Source: Lama guanicoe
Taxonomy: Eukaryota
Reading direction: 5' to 3'
DNA: 64,000 nucleotides
NCBI GenBank assembly: GCA_013239625.1
Contig: MU054400.1
Span: forward strand, 2,516,282 to 2,580,281
Below, in pieces: positions 22,557-34,132 of this stretch (position 1 is its first letter; the number at the start of each line of letters is the position of its first letter). The notes below the pieces were generated by a model, which had not been told where the DNA came from, searched no databases, and was given only the letters and a program-made list of their open reading frames with translations. Made by a program: the position numbers and the translations under genes.

Positions 22557-25500
22557 TTATAAACGTAATTCCCCTACAAAGAGAGAGTCACCAGGCATTC
22601 AGGTTTGATTTACTTCTTTAATGAGGGAATCAGCAGGGAGACCAACGCGCTGGTTTGGAGCATTTGAAGGAGAGGGGTTGGGGGAGTCCTTAGGGAAACA
22701 GGGGCCTCATGAGATGGCCAGGTCAGATGCATGACTTTAACCTTCGACAGGGCAGGGAAACCAGAACAGCTTTTGGGCTCACATTTCCACCAGGTCATGC
22801 AGTCAAAACAACGTACCAGTTTCTGCAGTTAACGGCAAACCTTACAGTCCCTGGGGGCGTGAGGTGAGGGTCAGACAGGCTTACTGGGAGATGCTCCAGC
22901 ATCACATAAAACACGAAGCAGTTACCCCTCTACTTTTCGTTAGCTTGGTGTGCAATTTTATTTAACAGGAGTACAGATTTATGATCACTGTTCTTCTGAC
23001 TGTTGCCAGTTGAACACCTCTGGAGTGTGGATCCCTGATTCCTGGTCTTCAAATGATGACCGACCTTCCAGATGAAGAATAATCTTGATTTACACACACA
23101 TCTATGCCCGTCAGGCTGATCTTAGCACGTGCGAGGCATTGATAAGGGGCCACTGGACCCTCTGTTGATTCAGGCAGTAAGGCAGGGTCAGGGGCGTCTC
23201 TGTTGCCGCGAACCCATTTCTCTTGAACATCGAGGTTGGACATGATCCGATTTGTGCTTCGGCCACCCTAGTCCCGGCTGCTGTGTGTGGAAGGACCGGC
23301 AGGAGACTGGAGCCGGGGGGACTGACTAGTCGGGAGGCTGCAGTGGTTTTCTTTTTAAAAATTTGAGTCGCATTTAACACTGCGGCTTAACAAATCCTTG
23401 GTGTCATTTCCCTGTTGAATGGAAAGAACACTTTTTGAGCATCTAGAATGGGCCAGGCATTGGAATAGGTATTTTCACACAGACTATTTGATTTCACCTT
23501 CACTCTGACTCTGGGAGGCAAACAGAATGTGTCATTATTTTTATCTGTTTTTACTTCTGAAGAGGCCACTGCTATTTCCTAAGCAAGATGTTGGGAGCTT
23601 TGATCGTGGCCATGGAGGTGGATGGACTTGAGAGCTACCATCAACTGACTGTGGGGATGGGTTGGAAATGGGGAGTGAGGCCAGAGAACTCCACCCACTG
23701 CACGTCCGATAAGCAGACCTCACAGCCCTCCTGGGGACATCGCACCACACCTGGATGCCTGTTTGAGGACCAGAGGACGGAAGGTGTGGAAGGAGGATCC
23801 TTGAGTTCAAGTCCCACTACCACCACCTATGTCTGTGGCCTGAGGATGGCTCACTGACCCTCTCCTGGGCTCACAGCTCAGGACTGAACCCTGGGATCCG
23901 GGTAATGAACCCTCCGGGGCTCACCTCACAGAACAAGGTCATGACGAGTTCCATCAGAGGCGGCCCTGTGTGCTGTAAACGCTTCTCCGGGTCAGGGCTG
24001 TGCATCCATCTGTGCACTTTCCTACTAGGTCCTTGCCCTGCTTTCCCCTGCACAGCTTGCAAGAGACAGCTGGTGCTCAGTCTGGAAAGTGCTCCCTACA
24101 GGGCCTGCAGGGAGGACAGATGGGTCCTCTCCTGGCCTCTGCGTGTAAATTTTGGGAGAAGGTGTCTCTTCCTGACAGTCAAATTTAGGAAGGATGCCTG
24201 CAGCCCTGGGATGTGCAACTTTACAGCAGTGGTCACTTTTTGAAGAGAAGAGTTGCCACCTCCTGGGAAGGTGTGTCTGTGGCCAGAGCACAGGGCCAGG
24301 AGCAGAGCCTCAGGGTCTGCATGCCCAAGCTCCACAAGCATGCTTTTCTCCCGTTTCCCACCTCCCCGCTGCCCGTCCCACTCATGGCAGGAGTCTTCGG
24401 GCAGCTGGGACCTGCTCCCGGTTTTGGGCAGGGTCTCAGGTGCACTCAGGTGTCATTCTGGGCCTTTGGGGGAGGACTCAGTACCTTTAAGTACTTGTTC
24501 TCCCTGGGAAAGTGGGGGCCTTGGGTAACCCTGGTTCTGGTGACAGAAACTGGGCTCCTCCTGGGGCATCCTGTGCTTCATCTTTGCCCATGTGTTTCCC
24601 TAAACCCGCTGATGGGTAAGAGCTGGCATTTAAGGTTCTCAGCGATTCACTGGCAATGCCAGCATCTTTCCAGAAGCTGGTGGTAGAAGCTGGGAGGAAG
24701 GTCATTACAAGTGCCCAGAGTCAGAACCAGCAGGCTCGATCTCACAGTTCCCCTAGGGGTGTTTGCCTACACCTGAGAGGCCCAGAGGCCAGTAAAACAT
24801 CCCCCTGTTCCCTCCCTGGGAACTTACCAGGTCCCCAAATCACAGCCAGACTGGCCTCGGCAGAGACCTCCCTGTCTCCCTGCTGTCACTGTGGAAAGGT
24901 GACCTGACCTAGTGGGAGCTGGCACCCGCCCAGGGGCTCGGGGACACTTTGAGTTCATTCCTCGGCTTTGTCTCGCTCTCTCCGCCTCTGATGGAGGTGC
25001 CTGTGATTTACATGGTAGATTATTCTCCCTACTTGACTAGAGGGACTTCTAAATGTGTTTCCAAATAGCTCCAGAAGCAAATTTCTTGGGAACGATGCCT
25101 CAGCCCACTACAGTGAACCTTACCCCTCACCACCAACAGGGACCTGCTGGCCAGAAGGCAGCGTGGGACCAGGCATGGCTGCAGAGGAAATTGCATTACA
25201 GCTGCAGCCTGACTGATGAGAAATACAGAGTGTGGTGGACCAGAGGGTCCCTGCTGAAAACAAACGCTGTGAGGCTGTGGCTAGTTTCTGTTTTACAGAT
25301 GCTGCTGCAAATATGTGTGTGCTGATTTGTGTGTGTGTAATGCTTAGTTTTAAGAATGTGGGAGGGTTTTGGGGGAAAGTGTGGCACCAAAGACGTCCTC
25401 TCATTCAACCTTGTCATTTTACTAGTGGTGAAACTGAGACTTAGGGAGAGTAGATGATAGCCCAGGATTTCACAGTCAGGTAGCCACTGGCACCGCCAGG

Positions 25501-26769
25501 AGCAGGCGTGTGACAGAGTGGAGACACCAGTGAGAACCCTGGGCAAGCCACTTAGCTCCCCATGCCTCGGTTTCCCCATCTTGTACTAGGGGCCCATCTC
25601 TCAGATACCAGCTCTAATGTTCCACTATCCTGGATTCCCTTCTGTACCTATTCTGGCTTTTCCATTTTCCAAAAACACAATTATTGATTGATTCCCTAAA
25701 ATCAAATACTGCCAACTAGCATTACTTCTATTTGCCCATCATTAAAAATAAGGGTAATTCCTTGGTCAATTTCAAAATGTTTCATTATAAAATGAGCCCA
25801 AAAGTAAAAACTTGCAATGCACCCAATTAATTATGAAACTAACAATTAAGGGAAAACAACTAATATTTGGGTTCCTTTCTTTGAGAAATAGAAATGCAAA
25901 TATTTTGCCTGATAGTCTCCAAGTTAGCATCATGTGAAAAGTAAAGTGTGGCACATATAATCCACCTAAATAGGTGTGTAAAATACACACCTTATATGAA
26001 TCAAGAAAAATTAATACGAATAACTTGGAAAGAGTTTCAAATGTAAGGCAGTCCTCTGGCTCTTTATGTTTTATCTGTTGTTTTATGGCATTATTATACA
26101 CAGCATTCTTTTATAACTTAGTCCAAATGTAAAGATCTCCAGAAGAGATTCTGTTAGTTCCCTTGGCCACCCATATCAGGACTGTAACAGTCTTGCCCAT
26201 TAGAAGATCTTCTTTGGGTCTGTCCAGCCTAAATTTCTCACCTGGAAGCTGGGCTCTGAGGGCAGCTGAGGCCAATTCTTTCTGGCTCATCCCATGGGAC
26301 TGATGCTTGGCGCTATTTTGGACCAGGGAGGGTCCTTGAAGTTGCCACATTTAGCAGCAGGCTGTGCTGGGGTGGAGTTAGCCCAGACTTGTGGTACATG
26401 CTGGAAGGAAGGTCAGCGGTGGGCACTTGGGAACAGGGCCCCTGAGGACAGGGTGCAGGAGGCAAAGCCAGTGAGTCGCAGGTGTGGAGTCAAAGACAAA
26501 GTACAGACCCCTAACTAAGCTTTCAGCTCAATCTGCATGAGCCCAGGAGGCAACTGCTGAGAGGCCTTCTCTCTCTCTGTCTTCTCACCTGTGAAAAGAG
26601 AAGATTGGACCGGGGTTTCTAAGACTTAGTCTGCTATGGGTGGTCTGGGTTGATTTTGTGTAGGCGGGAATGGTCACTTGGCTAAAATCATGTCTCTTAA
26701 TCTGTTCTCTCTGATTTTTCCTGTTGTATCTGTGAGAGGTGGGGTTTTTGTCAGTTGCAAGAGAAAGGG

Positions 26770-27055
26770 ACTGTGCGTGAGATACATTAGGTGCAAAGAT
26801 GAAGGCACAGGCCGGGCGTGTATGCGAAGCACCGGATACAGCGGTGAACACCGCAGGCCGGGGTGCGCGCACTGGTGCAGCCACGAGACTATATGCGTGT
26901 GTGCTCAGAGCACCTCCTGCAGGCTACGCAGGAAATGCTCAGTTAAATAACGCCTCTGGGTCCAAGGGTGGAGGGGTTGACGTTGCATTTTAGAGCCTTT
27001 GGATCTTACGAGTTTTGTGCCATGTGAATGTATTTCTATTCGTATACATTAAGTA
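26770..27055 (+). mobile_element. L1ME4-like 3' end, unusually GC/CpG-rich
   Basis: gatacattaggtgcaaag...cgcctctggg...ttttgtgccatgtgaatgtatttctattc follows the L1ME4 3' end layout. Confidence 0.45.
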
Positions 27056-27069
27056 GTTTTATAAGGAGA

Positions 27070-27720
27070 AGAACGGACAGGCTGTGCGCGCCCACCTGCT
27101 GTTTTATGCTCTTGGTGTCTCTTGAGGAGGGGGAGGCAGGCTGTGATGACCCAGAGCGGCCACGTGGTGGCAGTGTTTCACTTTGATCCGCCCAAGGTAA
27201 CCCGTCCCGGTTTTAATGAACTCCACTGCGCTTGGGGCGGGGAGGCCCCCTCTAGGTTCAGTTTATGGTCCTCAAATGAAAATGCTAAATAAGATCCTGA
27301 GTGGAAAATAATGGCTGTAACAGATATCGCCTGGCTCCCCCCTGTCTACTTTCCTATTAAAACATCTCCCGGCTAAGAGCTCCTCAGTCACAGGCGGGGC
27401 GTGGGGTGGGGGTGTATTTTGCATAGAAGAATCTGAGGGAGAAGCTGGGCTGATGTAGGTAGAATGGGATGTAAGGGTGGAGAGGCAGAGAGCAAGACTG
27501 CGTCGACCAGGCAAGGATGCCGCCGGACGGGGTGAGCCCCCAGAACCTAGGGAAGGGACTGGCTTTAATGGAGAGTTTGTTTCCCTCACTGACCAGCTGG
27601 AGCTCCCAGGGCCTTTCTTTCTGAGGGGTCCGGGGGTGGGGGAGGGCGGCTTCTTCCCCACAAGCCTGGCAGAGGGCGAGGCTGTGAAAAGTGAGGGAGG
27701 GGAAGCTGCAGGCATGAGGC
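27070..27720. promoter_or_regulatory. CpG-enriched promoter/enhancer-like element
   Basis: GC boxes ggggcgggg (~27234) and ggcggggcgtgggg (~27393), E-box cacgtg (27161), raised CpG, G-run cluster at 27625-27646. Confidence 0.45.
27157..27175 (+). promoter_or_regulatory. CTCF-like motif (forward) overlapping an E-box
   Basis: CGGCCACGTGGTGGCAGTG vs consensus TGGCCACCAGGTGGCAGTG. Confidence 0.4.
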
Positions 27721-27824
27721 CCCTGGGCAGTTCCAGGACCCCCCTGGGCTAAGTCCCTCTTTGGTGAGATTAGGGTGCTGATCTACCTTTGGGGTTCCAC
27801 GGTCCCCAGTTCATGACTGTCCCC

Positions 27825-27965
27825 GATCACTGGGGGAATGAATTAAATACCCAGGTTCTGGGCTCCTGCCATTCCTCACTTTATTCTAGGGGTCTGGATT
27901 GGAGCCCAGGAGCCTGCACTTTTAATAAGCTCCCAGGAAAATCTCATGAGGGTTGAATCCAGTAT
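27825..27965. mobile_element. MER5-like hAT MITE
   Basis: ggtctggattggagcccaggagcctgcacttttaataagctcccagg. Confidence 0.7.
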
Positions 27966-28194
27966 CTAGGGATGCTTGTACAGGACCATGGAATCGGCTT
28001 CTTTAAGCCGTGAGCTTTGTCTGCATTCATGTCCTGTAGATGCCACAGGACCTTCTTGGAGCAGGAAGCAGATTGTGTGCCTGGTGAGGTCTGTCCTTCC
28101 TCTAAGCCAGGACTTCCCGTGACGTCGGTGATGGCCCTCAAGGGCCCCTTTTGCATCTACTTCATAACCGGGGTGTCTTGACTTTAGGCTTTGG

Positions 28195-28530
28195 ATTCTT
28201 TTTATTATTAAAAAAAGTGTAAATATATGCAAAAGTAAAGAGAATAGTGTAATGTAATGAGTCCTTATGTATCCATTACCTAGATTCAACAATTATTACG
28301 ATTTTGTTCTAGTGGTTTCACCTAACCCTATTTTTCTTTTTATTCTCTGTCTCTGATGAAATATTTTCAAGCAAAATCCAGGCATCTAGTCGTTTCTCCC
28401 TTACATGGAGCATTTTATTCATAATTTCTGTGCTATTATCATCTGTTAATAATAACTTCTTGATATCTTTTTATCCACAGTCCATACTCAAATTTCTTCA
28501 GAATTGTCTCCAAAATGTTTTTTTTAAACA
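28195..28530 (-). mobile_element. L1MC4/5-type 3' end
   Basis: caaaagtaaagagaatagtgtaatg...ccattacctagattcaacaatta. Confidence 0.65.
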
Positions 28531-29262
28531 TTTACTTTGAGGTCTAGACTTTTGATGTTATCACCTCATATTTCCTAACACATGCAGTTGTGGAGACGCA
28601 CTGATGGGACATTTAGAGTTCAGCACAACTCTGCAAACACAAACGCAAGCCCTACAGGAAAGTGAGGGAGAGAGCCTCACAGACTCAGAGCTGGAAGGCC
28701 CTTGGAGGTCACTCAGTCCCGCTACCCCATGCTGGAGTCCTTGGACAGGATCAGAGCTGCTGCACATGCAGCGTTTCCTTGAGTGGCTTCCAGGGTCACC
28801 CAGCAGGGAGAGCGTAGATCTGGCGTAGGGAGGCTCATTGGTCGTCTGGCCCTGAGTGAATGACTTACCTATTCTGAGGACAGGACACTCTCACACTGAC
28901 ATGTAGAGCAAGCAGAAGCTTGCTTATTGGATGGATCTCCATCTAGCCCTCTCTCCCACTTGGCCCTCTCTTATCCACTCCCTGAGCTGACGGAGTCCAC
29001 AGCACGCTGCCTGGGCTCGACTGGAGACGCTCCCGGAGCTGCTGGGGGACACACCCAGCAGCTGGGGGGCAGGCCTTCCGCAGGCAGTCGTGTTCTCCCC
29101 CAAAACTGCCCACACCAGGTCTACTCTGTAGTACATTCACAGAATTCAATTAAATGTTATGAAAATCGATGAACTATAGCGGTGGAAGGAAACATCCCTC
29201 CCTGAAATGGTTGATGGCAATGTAAAAACTTGGAATGGGTGAACTGATAAGAAACTGGCTTT

Positions 29263-29864
29263 CCCCCAGCTTTATTGAGGTATAATTAACAAATAACATT
29301 GTGTAAGTTTAAGGTGTACACCTGATGAGTTGATACATGTATATACTGTGATTACCACAATGTTCAGTTAACATACGTCACCTCCCATGGCATTTTATGG
29401 TGAGAACTTCTGAGGTCTACTCTCTTAACAACTTCAAACATGTAACACAGTATCGTTAACTATAGTCACCATGCTGTTCATCACATCCCTGGAACTTAAT
29501 CACCTTATAACTGGGGCTTCGTACCCCTTGACCAACCATCTCTCCATTTCCCCCACGCCCAGCCCCCTGGCCACTACCAATCTACCCTCTGCTCCTGTGA
29601 GTTTGACTTCTTTCTATTCTACCTGTAACTAAGTGATATCATACAGTATTTGTCTTTCTCTGTCTGACTTACTTCATTTAGCAGAAGTTATACAGGTCAC
29701 ATTTTCTTTATCCATTCATCTGTCAGTGGACACAGGTTGTTTCCAGGTCTTGGCTACTGCAAATGATGCTGCAGTGAACTTGGGAGCGCAGGTATCTCTT
29801 CAAAATAGTGATTCCATTTCCTTTGGATGTAGACTCAGGAGTGGAATTGCAGGATTCCAATAGT
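29263..29864 (-). mobile_element. 5'-truncated L1 (L1MA9-like)
   Basis: ctttattgaggtataattaacaaata...; TSD aaactggcttt at 29252-29262 / 29867-29877. Confidence 0.85.
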
Positions 29865-30879
29865 AAAAACTGGCTTTTGAATTAGGTGTAGAGGAGACAG
29901 GTGTAAAGGTATGGTAAAAACCTGGGAAAAGTCTCCAATTTAGATTGCTTCTTAGGAGAGTTTTAATTCTTGCTCCACTTTCAAGAAATGGAAACTGGAA
30001 CTCATGGTCAATACACAGAAGTGGAGTTTATGAAAGAAAGACCATGTGGATCCAATCAGCCGATCTATCCCCAAAGAAAGGCCTTGGGTCAACACCAAAG
30101 TGGGGTATGAAAAACATTCATATGTATTAAATTAAAATTAAATATTGGAGGTACGTATATGTTATCTTTTATGATTCCTTGCTGTAACTTTTTTTTTCAA
30201 TTAACCACCATCTACAGTTGGATATAAGGATTCTATATTAATAATAAATGCTTGTATCAGAGGATGCATGAGAGCAAGAATTAAAATCACACACATCTTC
30301 CAGTTCAGTGCCTGGCACAGAGCAGGTGCACAATAAATACAGATCCTCATTCTCCTCTCTTTCCTTCTAATGCTAAGGAGCCTCAGCTTCCCAAGGCAGC
30401 TCATACCGTTTCCAATGCCTCCTTGTAATTTCTCCCTGTCAGCCCTAGTTGTGTCTGTTGGGTGCACACGAAACCAAAGGCAGCTCTACATATATTGGAA
30501 GACAACCGTGTTGTCCCTCCAGGAATTGTTTCTTCTCTGCAACCAACCCTTGTTCTTGTTTTTAATTGTCCTCAGATGAGACACTTTCAAGATTCTGCAC
30601 TCATTACTGTATGCATTCCTGCCTGGGCCCAATGCACCTGACCCGCGTGATACCCCAGATGCATGCGACATTCTATACGTAACACCATAGAACTACCCCA
30701 CCACTTTGCCGTATTCTGGACACCCCCTTCCAGTGAGGCCATCTGTCACTGCATGGGTGTTGTGACAGGGTCAGATGTTGCTGACACAGGCCTTGCTGCT
30801 CAAGTCCTTTCCTTAGAGGCAGCTGCGACGCCAGGCCTTCTCTGGCCTGAAACTGTATGTTTGATTTTTTCAGCACATA

Positions 30880-31110
30880 TATGGAAATTGGTATGATTTT
30901 ACATTTCATCTTGTTGGTTTCAGCCCAGTTTTCTAGCTTGAGTCCTTTTTTCCAGTGTTCTAATGCAGGTCATGTAGCAGATTAAGTGTCTTTTCGAGCT
31001 TAATGTTGTCAGCTGATTTGGTAAGTGGGCCTTCGAGGTCTTTTTTCAAGCTGCTGGTATAATGGACAGTAAAGAGATTGGACATAGTCATGTGACACTT
31101 ACAAGAGGTC
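30880..31110 (-). mobile_element. L3/CR1 RT fragment
   Basis: atttcatcttgttggtttcagccca...gtcagctgatttggtaag...ttcaagctgctggtataatg resembles antisense CR1 RT. Confidence 0.55.
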
Positions 31111-31127
31111 CTGCCCTTCCCTCCCGT

Positions 31128-31255
31128 TCATTTAATATTCAATTCAACAAATATCTGTTAAGCTGCACATGTCAGGTGTTGTCCTAAATGCTGGGGATAC
31201 AGCAGTGGACAAAATGAAGAGAAATGCTGTCTTTATGAAGTTTACATTTTAGTGG
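31128..31255 (-). mobile_element. L2 3' end
   Basis: attcaacaaatatctgttaag...atgctggggatacagcagtggacaaaa. Confidence 0.75.
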
Positions 31256-32864
31256 ACATCATTTTGACTAAGTCCTACCCCCATCATATATATATTTATT
31301 TATGCCTTTGCCCTTATTTAATTTAGCTCACATGTATTGATATTAAGAATTTATTGAGTATTTATCAAGTATTGAGCCCTGTTTCCGGTCTTTATGCGTA
31401 TGATAAATAGATGTTGCAGAACACATGGGCCCAGGTGTCCACCCACTGGATTGGTAAAAAGCTCATTATCTCACTCTTGGGATTCCCTCTCCTTTCTGGA
31501 TCATCCATAAACTTCTTGAAACATCTGCAATCTGAGAAGAAATTGCTCCAAACTTCTATTTTCAAATGGGGGGAAAAATCTTAAGTGTTGGCCAGCTCTC
31601 TGTAGTGGCTGTTTATTGACACTTGGGGGCGCTGCTGAACACAGATCGCCCCCGTTCAATTTGACCGTGTGGCCCCTGCCCCATGACCCAGTGCAGGTTG
31701 GTGTCCTTCAAAGGAAGGTGGGTCTTCCCTGCTCTGGGCCTGACTGGAGTTCCCTAGAGCAGTTGTTAGTCCTCAGTCATTCTCCCTTTCAGCTGACAAG
31801 TGGCTTCCCCTGAGGATCTGAAACCCCAGTTCTCTGAAGTTCTGAGAATATTTTGGGTAGGTGGTCGAAGAGATGGAGGAAACCAGGGGTTGAAGTGTTT
31901 TTCCTGTGCAGTCCTCAGAATCTAAAAAATGTATTCCATTCCCTGCTTGAGATAATGGTACTTGATCAAAGCCTTCCCAATTCTTTTTCTTTTAAAGTGG
32001 GAAAAAAAAAATCAGATTCCTTCCTAAGGAGAGGGATGGGCAAAGAAGTGCCCCTTTAGGGATGCTGCTGACCCCCAACTCCCCACCCCCCATTCATGCA
32101 GCAGTGGTGTTAATGGCAGTCGTGCAAGGGCGATGGTGCAGATAGGCTGGTGAGGAAGAAATTTCAAAATTAATGTATGAGCTTCAATTTTTCAGAGGCC
32201 TCTGTGCATCTTGAAATATCAGTGGAAAGAAAAGTATTCAGTGGGTCACCCCGAAACATATACCTTATCTCATTTGATCCCCCAAATAGTCCTATAAGGT
32301 AGCATCATTTTGGCCATTTCATAGGTGAACAAGCAGGTTTAGGGAGGTGAAGTGGCAGGACCTCTGTTATGTAGGAGCTTGGAAATTAGGTCACTTGAAC
32401 TCTGAAGTCTGAGTTGGTCCACCACGCTATGCCCCAGACTCCTGGCTTCTGTGTTGACCTGGAACTCCCTGCACCATCATTCAAGCGTGGAGGGGCTTTC
32501 TGGAGGGCTTGGAGGCCCAGTGAATTTCTTATGGACCAAGAGCCCCAGAAATGACTTTTCCTTTGCAAAGAACTGCTGATTTGATCCCCTAAAATAATAC
32601 ATCTCGTCAAGGCAACGTACTTAATGGGAATAGAAGGGTCATAATGTGCTGGAGCTAAAAAGAGACATTTGTAATGATGTAGCTGAGCTTGTTCTACTGA
32701 GTTGAAAGCTGAGGTTCAAGGAGATTAAATGACAGCTAGGCAGCGAAGGAACCGGTGGAGTAACCTGGTCTTATTCCCAGCCCAGGGCTTTTTAAAAACT
32801 CTTGATGACTTTAGCATAGAGGTCTTAGTTATTAGCATAATGAAAATTATTGACATGTTAACAT

Positions 32865-33660
32865 ACATTGGACTTCCAGTTCTTGCCGAGACAGAGTAAT
32901 AGGTTTATTCTTCTACTATTAACAGCTATAAAACTGGGCAAAATATATGAGCATCTATTCTCAGGCATTGGACAGTGGGTGTCACAGGGCTGCAGTTTTT
33001 GAGAGAAGGGAAGAACACAAGGTGAAGTCCATTTTCATGCTGACTTTTCGCCGGAGGCATTTTCCGCACTGAAGGGAGTCTGGCTGGGGAGAGAACACAA
33101 AGACAGAAGGTCAAGGTTGCTAAGACTATGAAACTTGCGGGTTTGGGTACCAGAAAGGAGGCTGTTGAAGAGAACTTGCCCCCTGAATCTGTTTAGGGAC
33201 TTCCTTCAAGTTCTTTGCTAAATCTTTACGTACATACGCATTGAATGAGATTCTGTAAAGTCAGCTGAGAACAGCTTATGGAGGACTGAAAAGTGAAAAA
33301 TGAACAATGATTTTAGAGGCTGCACATGTTAGAGAGATGTTGGAGTTCTGATTCAGCCAAAGTAGAGCTGGACACTTATTTGAGATCCCAGAAAGGCTCA
33401 TCTCAGGAGCAAGGACTATGTGTTAGGAATAAGGGACATGACATAGCATTGACAACAAATTTGAAGTCGACCTGCCTTAACAAAGCCAAAACCCAAGTCT
33501 CAACGGGATCAAGATGGCCTGTTAGTATTTAGCTGCTTGCCAGAACAAAATACCACATTTCTTAGGGGAATACCACAAAATTCAGAGTCTCTGCAATGTA
33601 TCATTCAAAATGTTCAGCACACACAAAAAAGATGTCTAGACAGGCAAAGAATAAAATTAC
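32865..33660 (+). mobile_element. Old L1M 5' region fragment
   Basis: gacttccagt...ctataaaactgggcaaaatatatga...cagaacaaaa...ttcagagtctctgcaatgtatcattcaaaatgttcagc. Confidence 0.6.
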
Positions 33661-33795
33661 ATACGTAGACCTTCCCTATGCATTGAAACATTTTTTTCTC
33701 AATTGACTCTTTTTTTCCTTTGAGAATATTTCAGTTTGACTTAAATGATAAATGGAAATGGCATGTCTGGGCTTTAGCAATGGGATTGGATTTCT

Positions 33796-34132
33796 TTTTT
33801 CTTTTTCTTTTTCTTTTTTTCAATTGAGGTATAATTGACATATAACATTATATTAGCTTTTGATGTACAGCATAATGGTTCCATATTTGTATACATTGTG
33901 GAATGATCACCACAATAAGTCTAGTTAACATCTGTCATCTTATACAGTCACAGATTTTTTTTTCTTATGATGATAACTTTGGAGATCTGCCCTCTTAGCA
34001 ACTTTCAAATATGCAAGGCAGTATTATTAACTATAGTCACCCGGCTGTACATTATATCCCCAGGACTTGTTTATTTTATAACTGGAAGTTTGTACCTTGT
34101 GACCCCCGTCACCCATTTCTCTCACTTCCCCA
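33796..34132 (-). mobile_element. 5'-truncated L1 (L1MA9-like)
   Basis: T-rich tail, caattgaggtataattgacatataac; perfect 12-bp TSD gattggatttct (33784-33795 / 34133-34144). Confidence 0.9.

Noticed and set aside
23052..23119. C/D box snoRNA (atgatga ... ctga)
   Set aside because: No terminal stem or recognisable rRNA guide sequence
23049..23243. ORF MSNLDVQEKW... as a possible processed pseudogene
   Set aside because: No parent protein recognised and no poly-A tail or TSD seen; a BLASTX search would settle it
23500..25600. Dense overlapping ORFs on both strands
   Set aside because: Explained by higher GC content (fewer stop codons); no coherent protein
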